From Clostridium sp. (lineage in GTDB: Bacteria; Bacillota; Clostridia; Clostridiales; Clostridiaceae), in NCBI GenBank assembly GCA_047624165.1, contig JBLHPD010000002.1, forward strand, positions 732 to 64,731: a DNA stretch of 64,000 nucleotides, in the 5' to 3' direction. How positions within the stretch are numbered: the first letter of the stretch is position 1; every line of letters starts with the position of its first letter. Positions 1 through 9,200 of the stretch are shown here, one piece after another. A program made the position numbers and the translations under genes. The notes under the pieces were generated by a model. The model saw only the letters and a list, made by a program, of their open reading frames with translations. It had not been told where the DNA came from and searched no databases.

Positions 1-2
1 CA

Positions 3-788
3 AACCAAATTGAGGATGGAGCTACAGCTATTACTAACCTAGGCAATCAAATAGAAACAATCAGTGATAAATCAAATTTAATTGAAACGTTACTTAATAA
101 GACAACACAGGATATTAATAAAGGTAATAATGATGTTGGAATACTTGAAGGCTCATATGCAAATCTTGAAACTTCATTGGGAAATGTTTATGAAATAATT
201 AATGAATTAAATAAAAAATCAAATAATATTGCAGAGGTTACAAATGTTATAGCTGGGATTTCAGAGCAAACTAATCTTTTAGCACTAAATGCTTCTATTG
301 AGGCAGCAAGGGCAGGGGAGTCAGGTAAAGGGTTTGCAGTAGTAGCAGATGAAGTAAAAAAACTTGCAGAACAATCAAAAGATTCATCTCTAGGTATTAA
401 AAAAATTATTGATAGCATAATAACTGATACAAGTTCAGCAGTTGAATTTATGAATAAGACCAATGGAATTAACAAGATACAAAAGGATGCTGTAACAAAT
501 ATAAATATGTCAATGCAAGGTATCACATCTTCCATTGATGAGGTATTGTCACAGGTGCAAGAAGAGCTTAAGGGGATAAAGACAACAACTGGAGATAAAG
601 ATAATGTAGTTTCAATGATTGAGGGTATATCTTCAGTTGCACAAGAAACTTCGGCCTCTACAGAGCAGATAGTTGCTTCTATGGAAGAGCAATCAGCTTC
701 CGCAGAAGAAGTTAATGGCCATGCTGATAATCTTGTATTATTAATTGAGGAACTTCAAGTTAAACTTGAGATGTTTAAATTTGAATAA
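3..788 (+). CDS. Methyl-accepting chemotaxis protein, C-terminal signalling domain (5' end outside window)
   Basis: Frame is open from position 3; hairpin-tip motif [37 protein letters not shown]. Confidence 0.93.
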   Translation, partial: NQIEDGATAITNLGNQIETISDKSNLIETLLNKTTQDINKGNNDVGILEGSYANLETSLGNVYEIINELNKKSNNIAEVTNVIAGISEQTNLLALNASIEAARAGESGKGFAVVADEVKKLAEQSKDSSLGIKKIIDSIITDTSSAVEFMNKTNGINKIQKDAVTNINMSMQGITSSIDEVLSQVQEELKGIKTTTGDKDNVVSMIEGISSVAQETSASTEQIVASMEEQSASAEEVNGHADNLVLLIEELQVKLEMFKFE

Positions 789-838
789 TTAACATTATTC
801 TAACAATATGTTTAAATATAAAAGTGTGTTTTGAAGCT

Positions 839-915
839 AAAAGATGATTCCACTATCGTGAACTGCACCTTGTCTACTTGACAGGGGTCAGTTCATCGAG
901 AAGGAGTCATCTTTT
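839..915. terminator. Bidirectional intrinsic terminator between convergent MCP and UbiD genes; loop interrupted by a 37-bp IS-end relic
   Basis: AAAAGATGATTCC (839-851) pairs with GGAGTCATCTTTT (903-915); A/T tracts on both sides. Confidence 0.75.
859..895. mobile_element. Fused terminal inverted repeats of an IS3-family element (no transposase), flanked by 3-bp direct repeat TCG
   Basis: TGAACTGCACCTTGTCTACTTGACAGGGGTCAGTTCA begins TG and ends CA; the two ends overlap at TGTC; TCG at 856-858 and 896-898. Confidence 0.7.
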
Positions 916-945
916 TATTTAAATTGATTCATTATGCTTTAAAAT

Positions 946-2769
946 TTACTTGAGGCTAGATCCATCAGTTGAAAAGAAACGTTCGATATTCTTTTCAACT
1001 GATGGATCGAGAATTAATGGCGGCGCATGGTGCGGTTTCGTTCGGGCATCAATAATCATATTATTACAGGCCCAATGCTTGTTTTCATAATAGCTATTAA
1101 CACCATAAATATCATGTGAAGGGTTACTTCTCGTAAATGTCACCCATAAAAAATTTTGTAGTGAGCAGCTTACAAAGGAACTGTTATCGCAAAGGATAAT
1201 CATTGGACATGTTGGCATCGCACCTTTTGATTTAACTTCTAAGCATAACTCGTCTAATTGCTTTTGCGCCTTTTCATAGCTTGAAAATGCAGGCCCATTT
1301 ATGGCGACAATCCCTGGCATTACTAAAATTGGGTTTTTGAAATTCAGTAAATCCGTAAGTTGTTCTGGCACATCACTACACAATTTTCTTTTTTGATCAC
1401 CGCACGCAGCAATTATAACTTTACTACCTGTATTTAAACCTGTTCCCGAATAATCAAGGGTATCAATTGTTGTATTCGTTTGAAAATGAATGTCACGATG
1501 AAGATCGATTCGTTCAAGTATATATGTTAAGAATTCTATCTCTTTATGGGTATCTAATAGTTGATTTTCTTCAGCCGTGATAAATAAATATTTAGCTAGA
1601 CTAACTTGCCCTGTTCCTAAAATTCGGTTGGCAATGGTGAGAATTTCAGCTGGTTGTTTGATCTTTTGGTACGGTGTGTATCGTTCGCTTCCAATTGCAA
1701 ATAGCAATGGATGAACCCCAGCTGCATCTACAGCATGCACTTCTTTAACACCAGGGAATTCATATTTTACCGCATTACCTGTTAACTCATGAACGAGATC
1801 ACCGAAAGAAGTGTCCTCTTGAGGAGGACGACCAACAACTGTAAATGGCCATATTCCGCTAGACTTCGCGTATACTTTATGCACTCTCATTAAAGGGAAA
1901 TCATGAGTAAGACTATAATATCCAATGTGGTCACCAAAAGGTCCCTCCGGTTTTGTTTCACCTGGATGAATTTCACCTGTAATTATAAAATCAGCATCGA
2001 GACTAATACAATAACCATCAACATAAGTGTAACGAAAATTACGTCCTGAAAGAAGTCCTGCGAAGGTCATTTCACTCAGTCCCTCAGGTAAGGGCATGAT
2101 GGCAGCTAGAGTATGGGCAGGAGGACCTCCTATAAAAATACTTACTTTAAGCGGAACACCAAGTTTGTTTGCTTTCTCTTGGTGAACGCCGATTCCACGG
2201 TGAGTTTGATAATGGAGTCCTACCTCTTTATTCATTTTATAATCGTTGCCACTAAGTTGAACACGATACATTCCTAAATTACTATTCATAATTCCAGGCT
2301 TTTGTGGATCTTCTGTATAAACTTGGGGCAAAGTAACAAACGCCCCTCCATCAGCTGGCCAATGGTGAATAAGCGGAATATCAGAAATTTGTATTTCAAT
2401 AAATCCATTCAACTTATTTTTCGCTTTTTTAATGGGTAGTGCCTTTGAAGCTGCCCATGCTGTACTTAAATGTTTCAAGGGGTTTTTAAGTATACTCATT
2501 GGATTATTTCGTACTGCAATCACTTCCTTTGTTCCCTCAAGTGTATTCCTAAAAATAAACTTACTTCTATCTAGTGTGCCGAATAAATTTGATACCGCTC
2601 TAAATTTCGAGCCTTTAATATTTTCAAATAAAATTGCAGGTCCACCAGCTGTGTTAACTCTCATATGTATAGCTGCCATCTCAAGATTCGGGTCAACTTC
2701 TTCATGTACCCTAACTAATTGACCAGCTTTTTCTAAATCAAGAATACATTCTTCCAAATTATGATACAT
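946..2769 (-). CDS. ubiD: UbiD-family prFMN-dependent (de)carboxylase, long form (607 aa)
   Basis: N-terminal VDPNLEMAAI...GPAILFEN; NLGMYRVQ; EGPFGDH catalytic motif; no ubiX in the window. Confidence 0.88.
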   Translation of the reverse strand: MYHNLEECILDLEKAGQLVRVHEEVDPNLEMAAIHMRVNTAGGPAILFENIKGSKFRAVSNLFGTLDRSKFIFRNTLEGTKEVIAVRNNPMSILKNPLKHLSTAWAASKALPIKKAKNKLNGFIEIQISDIPLIHHWPADGGAFVTLPQVYTEDPQKPGIMNSNLGMYRVQLSGNDYKMNKEVGLHYQTHRGIGVHQEKANKLGVPLKVSIFIGGPPAHTLAAIMPLPEGLSEMTFAGLLSGRNFRYTYVDGYCISLDADFIITGEIHPGETKPEGPFGDHIGYYSLTHDFPLMRVHKVYAKSSGIWPFTVVGRPPQEDTSFGDLVHELTGNAVKYEFPGVKEVHAVDAAGVHPLLFAIGSERYTPYQKIKQPAEILTIANRILGTGQVSLAKYLFITAEENQLLDTHKEIEFLTYILERIDLHRDIHFQTNTTIDTLDYSGTGLNTGSKVIIAACGDQKRKLCSDVPEQLTDLLNFKNPILVMPGIVAINGPAFSSYEKAQKQLDELCLEVKSKGAMPTCPMIILCDNSSFVSCSLQNFLWVTFTRSNPSHDIYGVNSYYENKHWACNNMIIDARTKPHHAPPLILDPSVEKNIERFFSTDGSSLK

Positions 2770-3103
2770 TTATTCAATCCTCATTTCTTTATTAAAATTT
2801 AATTATGTGCATTTTAATACTCTTAGTTAATTTAAATTTATCTCCATAAAGCCTGAATTAATTTTACTAATATAAATTATATTATATACGATTCTTAGTA
2901 GTCTATAACAATTTTATTTCATATAATAAAGTTTAATCTGATGATAGTTATACTATTATCAGATTCTGTAGGCAAAGTATGTCGCGTAATAGACTCGTAT
3001 ACTGTCTTGTTATTTGCTTAAATGTCTCTTATATGAAGGAAAACCGCATGCAAAAAATTTACTAGCAAAAATTTGATCCAATCATTATAATAGGAGGTAA
3101 TGA

Positions 3104-3157
3104 ATGATGAAAAGCCGTAAAAGTATTCACATACATAAAACAAAACCTTCGACATAG
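3104..3157 (+). CDS. 17-aa basic micro-ORF upstream of speE (MMKSRKSIHIHKTKPST)
   Basis: TATAAT (3086-3091), then strong SD AGGAGGT, then ATG at 3104. Confidence 0.3.
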   Translation: MMKSRKSIHIHKTKPST

Positions 3158-3290
3158 TTATTTTATTAGTATATAATAAAGCTTTATTTGACAAATTTAA
3201 TGGTAGATTTAAAAAATATATAATGTTAGCATAAGATAACGGAACTTTTAATTAAAAGATAGATATATTTATTATATGGGAGGAATTATT

Positions 3291-4163
3291 ATGAAAATGA
3301 ATGAATTGCCAAAGTATTTTAAAGAAATTGATAATGAACTATGGTTTGAGGAAGTTGAAGTTGAGAAAAAAAATCTAAAAATAACTTATAAAATGAATAA
3401 ATGTTTTTCATATTCAAAATCCCCTTACCAAGAAGTAGCTTTGATTGACACCGCTGCATTTGGACCTTGCCTTGTGCTTGACGGGGTAATGCAGACGACT
3501 TCTGCAGATGGTTTCATATATAATGAAATGATTACTCATATTCCAGTACTTACTCATAAAAATCCGCGAAATGTATTGGTAATTGGTGGAGGAGACTGTG
3601 GAGCAGTGAGAGAATTATCAAAGTATGATGAGCTTGAGACAATTGATATGGTGGAGCTTGATGAAGTAGTAACAAAAGAATGCATAAAATATCTTCCACA
3701 AATAACTGGAGTTTCTGATTTTGATAAAAGAATCAATTTTAAATTCGGAGACGGTGTTGAATATGTAAAGACTACTGATATTAAGTATGATGTGATAATG
3801 GTTGATTCACCTGATCCAGAAGGTCCAGCTAAGGATTTGTTTGGAGAAGAATTTTATAAGAACGTAAAGAAATCATTAAATTCTGACGGAGTAATGGTAT
3901 GTCAAAGTGAATCGCCAATGCTTCATCGTAATATAATTGAGAATACAAGAAAGATATTAAAGAATAACTTTAAATTTGTAAGGACATATATAGCATTTGT
4001 TCCCACTTATCCAGGCGGATTATGGAGTTTTACAATGGCTTCAGATGTTTATGACCCTATCAATATGGATGTAAATAGATTGCCACAAGAAACTCGTTAT
4101 TTAACAAAGAAAATAGCTAAATCTTGTTTTGATCTTCCGAATTTCATTAGCGATCTAAAATAG
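3291..4163 (+). CDS. speE: Polyamine aminopropyltransferase (spermidine synthase)
   Basis: KSPYQEV, LDGVMQ, YNEMITH, VLVIGGGDCG, DSPDP, PTYPGGLW motifs; SD GGAGGA before ATG 3291. Confidence 0.95.
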   Translation: MKMNELPKYFKEIDNELWFEEVEVEKKNLKITYKMNKCFSYSKSPYQEVALIDTAAFGPCLVLDGVMQTTSADGFIYNEMITHIPVLTHKNPRNVLVIGGGDCGAVRELSKYDELETIDMVELDEVVTKECIKYLPQITGVSDFDKRINFKFGDGVEYVKTTDIKYDVIMVDSPDPEGPAKDLFGEEFYKNVKKSLNSDGVMVCQSESPMLHRNIIENTRKILKNNFKFVRTYIAFVPTYPGGLWSFTMASDVYDPINMDVNRLPQETRYLTKKIAKSCFDLPNFISDLK

Positions 4164-4201
4164 AATTAATATATGATATGTTTAATAGTAGTGTTGAAAA
4201 C

Positions 4202-4256
4202 AAAACAATGTAAATTAAGATAAGCTACACAACTTATCTTAATTCACATTGTTTTT
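4202..4256 (+). terminator. Intrinsic terminator of speE
   Basis: ~23-bp near-perfect inverted repeat ending in a T tract. Confidence 0.75.
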
Positions 4257-4365
4257 CTGTTTTCACAGTGTTTAAAAAATATATGTTATGTTAAACGAGC
4301 AAAGAGGGCAACATATTATAAACTAATAAAACTTAACTTACAATCAACAAGAGGGGTGTATAAAA

Positions 4366-5013
4366 ATGGAATTTATCAATGGTATATTTAATAAAAAAAC
4401 TCAAAAGGTAATAAATGATTATAAAGATAAACTCCCTGAAGATATACAATATATTGATTCATATATTGAGATAATCAAATTAGCATTAGTTAAGAATAAT
4501 ATAACTACTGTTGAATTATTTTACTCATTTGATGGCAGAGAATTATTTGATAAGATCAAGAATGAAAATTCATCTAAGAACATTTTAGTGTTATACAAAG
4601 GACATATTGACGATCTAATTGCAAAAAATGGATATATTAATGTATATCACTCTAAACGGGGTAGTTACTCTTTAGTTGTTTTTCAACATCAATTTATATA
4701 TGAAGAATTATTTGGAGTCGAATTATGGAATGATGGGAGTTCAACACCTCATAAAATACATACATTTAATTGTTACATTTCAGAAAAAATCAATTATTTT
4801 GCAGGAATGAAGTGTGAAGTTATGGGTATAGGTATAGGGAATATCAACAAGAAGCAGTATGAAAATTTGATGGAAGAATATCATAACACAGTTAAAATAC
4901 CCAAAAATAAAACAACCACAGGTAAAGTAGCAATATATACAGGCATTGCATCTACAATTGGGGCTGGATTGCTTGTAGGATTAAAATTATGGCCAAAAAA
5001 AAATAAAAGATAA
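4366..5013 (+). CDS. Hypothetical protein with C-terminal hydrophobic anchor and basic tail
   Basis: 215-aa ORF, SD GAGGGG, own terminator; C-terminus VAIYTGIASTIGAGLLVGLKLWPKKNKR. Confidence 0.7.
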   Translation: MEFINGIFNKKTQKVINDYKDKLPEDIQYIDSYIEIIKLALVKNNITTVELFYSFDGRELFDKIKNENSSKNILVLYKGHIDDLIAKNGYINVYHSKRGSYSLVVFQHQFIYEELFGVELWNDGSSTPHKIHTFNCYISEKINYFAGMKCEVMGIGIGNINKKQYENLMEEYHNTVKIPKNKTTTGKVAIYTGIASTIGAGLLVGLKLWPKKNKR

Positions 5014-5035
5014 TACAGAAAATTATATATTTAAT

Positions 5036-5067
5036 AAAAATCACGCTTATCCTAGCGTGATTTTTTT
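5036..5067. terminator. Intrinsic terminator
   Basis: AAAAATCACGCT / AGCGTGATTTTTTT. Confidence 0.75.
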
Positions 5068-5131
5068 ACATGAGATTTAATAGTTATCCAATATTGCCTA
5101 AAATCCGTTTTTGTTCACTATATTGCTACGA

Positions 5132-5272
5132 TTATATTGAATAATGTATAAAATGCCAGTTAGTTGCTAAACCATCCTCATCATTACAAGAATCCATGCA
5201 CATTGGAGCCATGACTATTCTATTTTTTAAGTCCATATCTTTTATTTTTAAATTACTAAACAATTTTGACAT
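5132..5272 (-). pseudogene. 5' fragment of an NADH:flavin oxidoreductase (old yellow enzyme, NamA/YqjM type)
   Basis: [26 protein letters not shown]...WHFIHY then stop after 46 aa; the family is about 340 aa; SD AGAGG retained. Confidence 0.8.
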
Positions 5273-5488
5273 TTGTGATCGCCTCTTTCTTATACAGTCT
5301 AGTGTAGTGATATTTTTAGTGAAAATATGAAATTGTAGTTTCATAGTAGTATGCCAAACGAAAAGATATTTTATGAAACAAAATTCAATTGCTAATGATG
5401 CATAGTATATTGTGGACAGTATAGGTTAATAATATAAAAAAACGAAAAATCATTATAAATTAATGTATACTTGGGAGTTGATTCGTAA

Positions 5489-6121
5489 GTGTTAGATATT
5501 TGGATGTGTGTAGGGAACATAAGAGGTGCTACAGAAGGTAAATTATTTTCAAGTTATGGAGAGATCTTTCGAGTGATTAACAAAACTGTATTAATTAGAA
5601 TGGATAAAGAAATAAAACTATCTGTTAGTATAGAAGAAATAAATAGTTTTTTTAGAAAAATAGAAAATAGCTATTTAGTTTATGGAGCATGGACTACTAA
5701 AAATTGTAATAATTTGTTAAGGAAATTACTTAACCTGAAGTTAAGTAAGAAATTAGGATATAGGAGAGTAAATCTAGATGTTTTTGATAATATTACTCTT
5801 CATAGAATTTATACAGAATTATTATTATATATCTATAAAGTAAGGTCAGATGAACTTCTCATACAATTTTCTACAATAATAAAATATCAATTGGAGTCAT
5901 TAAACATGATTTATGTGAATAAAGATTTACTTGATTTCGATGAAGAATTCGAGCAAATAATAGTACAGTTTAGAAAGATATATGAGTTTTGCAATTCGAT
6001 AGAATCGAATGCTAAATCAATTGAATTAGATTATCGAAGTGAAATAATAAACCAACTAATGGAAAAAAGAAAAGAAATAAATAAGCTGAATTTATTGATG
6101 CTAGATGAAATTAGCAAATAG
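5489..6121 (+). CDS. Hypothetical protein
   Basis: 210-aa ORF, GTG start with GGAG upstream; no recognised motif. Confidence 0.6.
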   Translation: MLDIWMCVGNIRGATEGKLFSSYGEIFRVINKTVLIRMDKEIKLSVSIEEINSFFRKIENSYLVYGAWTTKNCNNLLRKLLNLKLSKKLGYRRVNLDVFDNITLHRIYTELLLYIYKVRSDELLIQFSTIIKYQLESLNMIYVNKDLLDFDEEFEQIIVQFRKIYEFCNSIESNAKSIELDYRSEIINQLMEKRKEINKLNLLMLDEISK

Positions 6122-6445
6122 TGTATGATCTCATGCGCTTTACTATTTTACATAAGATATTCAATATATAGTTACTATCTTTAGGGGATGAGCATGAACA
6201 AGTCACAGGAAACGGAACGAAGTGGACAAGTTATGGTCTGCTTATTTATTAGCTAATTCTCTTGCTGCTATTATTTAAGGTTACTTAAATGATATAATAA
6301 AAAGTAAAAAGTAAAAAGTAATTTCAATTTATTAGTAGAGCTAGCTTATTCAAAAGTGTTGGGGAGAGGAATATTACGATATTTATGATGAGGATTAATC
6401 TATTTGAAGATTTTTACTCTAAGTTCTAGAGGGGTGGTGTACAAA

Positions 6446-6622
6446 ATGAAATTTCAAAGATATCAAATTTTTGCAATAATAATAGCATTTATATTTATAT
6501 TTTATGGTATCGCTGAATCAATTTTCAAGTTTAATGTAAATAAGAATATTGTTGATTCTATATCTTTTATACTAGTAGTGGTTGCGGGTGGTTTAATACT
6601 TAACGGTAATAAGAAAAAATAG
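6446..6622 (+). CDS. Small two-TM membrane protein
   Basis: SD GAGGGG before ATG 6446; two hydrophobic segments and a KKK tail. Confidence 0.65.
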   Translation: MKFQRYQIFAIIIAFIFIFYGIAESIFKFNVNKNIVDSISFILVVVAGGLILNGNKKK

Positions 6623-6699
6623 AATTGTGTTTCCTAATTGAATTGAGGGTACACCTCAATTAATCAAATATTTTAAGATAATAAGTGAAAATTTGCAAA

Positions 6700-6748
6700 T
6701 AAAAAAGAAGATGAATAACCTAAAAATACAATTTTAGGTATTCATCTT
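6700..6748 (-). terminator. Intrinsic terminator downstream of the 6768-6944 small ORF
   Basis: AAGATGAATA(A)CCTAAAA / TTTTAGGTATTCATCTT, with T tract on the minus strand. Confidence 0.6.
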
Positions 6749-6767
6749 AACATTAGGTGCTTTAGGT

Positions 6768-6944
6768 TCAAGGTTCAATTGGAGTAGGTTCATTTTGTTT
6801 TCTTAGACCATACATCATATCAACTTTCATTCTTGCAGCTAATAACTGTATTATTGCAATGTCAACAAACTCAGGGGCTGCACTTTCAAAATTCTGTTCG
6901 GCTTGTTGTAATTCCGTAATAGCTTGAGTAATTCCAGTAGTCAT
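6768..6944 (-). CDS. 58-aa small protein, YaaL/DUF2508-like (not in ORF track)
   Basis: SD AGGGAG; MTTGITQAITELQQAEQNFESAAPEFVDIAIIQLLAARMKVDMMYGLRKQNEPTPIEP; A..NF....P..VD.AI....AA pattern. Confidence 0.6.
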   Translation of the reverse strand: MTTGITQAITELQQAEQNFESAAPEFVDIAIIQLLAARMKVDMMYGLRKQNEPTPIEP

Positions 6945-6949
6945 AGTTT

Positions 6950-7165
6950 CTATCTCCCTATATATAGATTTAATTTACTATATATATGCATCGAAACATA
7001 CTCAACCGGTTTAATTTTCACGTCCGGAAATTTATGCTCTATGCATCGATCTTCAACTGTTACTATACTTGTCTTGTACACTTCTGCCATCTCTAAGAAT
7101 GTCCATTTACAATTAGATTGTATTTTATAAGGTATGTGCGAAAAGTAAGCTTTAGACCAATACAT
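6950..7165 (-). CDS. Possible small hypothetical protein or gene remnant
   Basis: 71-aa ORF ending 5 nt before the DUF2508-like gene; no clear SD. Confidence 0.25.
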   Translation of the reverse strand: MYWSKAYFSHIPYKIQSNCKWTFLEMAEVYKTSIVTVEDRCIEHKFPDVKIKPVEYVSMHIYSKLNLYIGR

Positions 7166-7339
7166 TTGATGAAATTACCCAGTTACATCCCTTGTTGTAA
7201 AACATATTGTAGCTTCTGTGCTTTATTTGATTTTTATCTCATATAATATAATTCAATTGTCTTTATTTGATGACTAAAAGATATTTCACAATTCAACGAG
7301 AAATGGTAAGACTTTATACTTAGAATATAGGAGGTAAGT

Positions 7340-8242
7340 ATGCTTTGGAAATTAAGAACCTCTATTTTATTTAAATATATTAAACTACTGATATTTAGAT
7401 ATAAAGATGATGATTTATCCTCAATGAGTGCACAAATCACATATTATTTGATAATATCTTTTTTCCCTTTTTTAATTTTTTTAATTAATTTGATAAGCTT
7501 TACGCCACTTTCAAAAGAAATGTTGTTTACAAGTTTTAATATGTTTCTTCCTGATGAAACAGGTAATTTATTAAAGAATATGGCTGTACGGACTTTGCAA
7601 GATAAAAGTAAAATTCTTTTATTATTAGGTATGATAGGAAGTCTTTGGGTAGCTTCTAAAGGAATATCTGCTGTTATTAGAGGACTTAATAAAGCTTATC
7701 ATATAGAGGAGAATCGAAATTTTATTAAACTTAATTTAATAGCTATAATTTCCACCACTGGAATAACAATTATGATAATTCTTTCACTTATCATGATTGT
7801 ATTTGGCGAGAGTATAGGTAATTATATCTTTGGGTTTGTAGGAGCAAAGGATTTGTTTAATATTATTTGGCCATTCGTAAGATATTGTATTCCTCTTGGT
7901 ATAATGCTTATAACATTTTATTTATTATTTAAATATGTGCCTAATAGAAAGTTGAACTTTACTAATGTTATAGTAGGAACTGTTTTTACAACCGTTAGCT
8001 GGGTTACTATTTCTTTAATATTTTCTTTCTACGTAAATAACTTTGAAAATTATGGAAAAGTATATGGAAGCTTAGGTGGAGTTATTGTTTTAATAAGTTG
8101 GCTATATCTTGGCGCCTTAACAATTCTCATTGGGGGAGAATTAAATGCTATTAGTAGATATTTTCAAAATAAAGAAAAATTTAAAAAATATGAATCCTTT
8201 AAGTCAAATATTACAGAAAATAAATTCAGCCAGCACACCTGA
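7340..8242 (+). CDS. YihY/virulence factor BrkB family membrane protein
   Basis: SAQITYY..SFFP, GLNKAY, YGKVYGSLGGVIVLISWLY...GGELN; perfect SD. Confidence 0.92.
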   Translation: MLWKLRTSILFKYIKLLIFRYKDDDLSSMSAQITYYLIISFFPFLIFLINLISFTPLSKEMLFTSFNMFLPDETGNLLKNMAVRTLQDKSKILLLLGMIGSLWVASKGISAVIRGLNKAYHIEENRNFIKLNLIAIISTTGITIMIILSLIMIVFGESIGNYIFGFVGAKDLFNIIWPFVRYCIPLGIMLITFYLLFKYVPNRKLNFTNVIVGTVFTTVSWVTISLIFSFYVNNFENYGKVYGSLGGVIVLISWLYLGALTILIGGELNAISRYFQNKEKFKKYESFKSNITENKFSQHT

Positions 8243-8272
8243 TTAAAAGGTTGGATCTATCTGTATTACTAT

Positions 8273-8326
8273 AAAATAAAGTCGCCCTAATCGCCATAGA
8301 ACGCCAATTAGGGCGGCTTTATTTTT
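8273..8326. terminator. Bidirectional terminator
   Basis: AAAATAAAGTCGCCCTAAT / ATTAGGGCGGCTTTATTTT. Confidence 0.75.
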
Positions 8327-8356
8327 AATACGGTGTTTTAGAAAATTATTTAGTTT

Positions 8357-8983
8357 TTATTTGCCTATAAACTGTTGAGTCCAGTAGATAGTTCCATCTG
8401 ATTTTTTCGCTACTCCTACGCCTATTTCAGTGTAGTTTTTACTTAAGATATTTGCTTTATGTCCCGCAGAGTTCATCCAACCAGTCATTACGGATGCTGG
8501 AGTTGGTTGACCGTATGCGATGTTCTCACCGGCTGACATATACTTAATTCCAAAGTTTTTCATCATATCAAACGGTGAACCATAAGTTGGTGATGTATGA
8601 GAAAAGTAATTTTTGTCTATCATGTCTTGTGATTTATATCTGGCTACTCTTGAAAGTTCCCAGTTAGCCTTTAATGGAGCAAGTCCAACCTTTGCTCTCT
8701 CTTTATTAACCAAAACTACTACTTGACCTTCGAGTGTTGTGGTAACGGTTGAACTTGGTACTTTAATTATTTGATTTGGATAGATCTTGTCGGGATTTGT
8801 TATTTGAGGATTAACAGCTAAGAGCTCAGAAACACCTACCTTATACTTAACACATATCTTCCATAGGCTATCCCCTGTCTTAATGGTATAGTTAATGGTA
8901 TCTTGCGCATATACTACTGAACTAATTCCTGTTGTTACTAAAATGCATAAAGTTAATATTAATGCTTTTAAAGATTTCTTCAT
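8357..8983 (-). CDS. Secreted LysM + CAP (SCP) domain protein (SafA/ExsA-YkwD-like)
   Basis: Signal peptide; LysM YTIKTGDSLWKI...NPQITNPDKIYPNQ; CAP YFSHTSPTYGSPF, GENIA, WMNSAGHKANIL. Confidence 0.92.
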   Translation of the reverse strand: MKKSLKALILTLCILVTTGISSVVYAQDTINYTIKTGDSLWKICVKYKVGVSELLAVNPQITNPDKIYPNQIIKVPSSTVTTTLEGQVVVLVNKERAKVGLAPLKANWELSRVARYKSQDMIDKNYFSHTSPTYGSPFDMMKNFGIKYMSAGENIAYGQPTPASVMTGWMNSAGHKANILSKNYTEIGVGVAKKSDGTIYWTQQFIGK

Positions 8984-9200
8984 CTTATGTACCCCACCTT
9001 TTTAATTTTAATATACAGTGTGAATGGCACTCTGTATACTATATATACTAGTCTATCATCTAAGTTAAGCTTGTATTTTATTTGTTAATGGGATATATGG
9101 ATTAATATTACATACATATGTATTAATATTAATTATATGAAGTCTTGGAAGGCTTTTATAGCCAAGTATGAGGATTATAGAAGCAGGAATATTAATTATT

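Noticed and set aside
6194-6256. 20-aa ORF MNKSQETERSGQVMVCLFIS with a G-rich SD
   Set aside because: Too short, with no motif or supporting terminator; cannot be distinguished from chance or debris.
6299-6321. (AAAAGT)-type short tandem repeat
   Set aside because: Three low-complexity units in AT-rich intergenic DNA; expected by chance.
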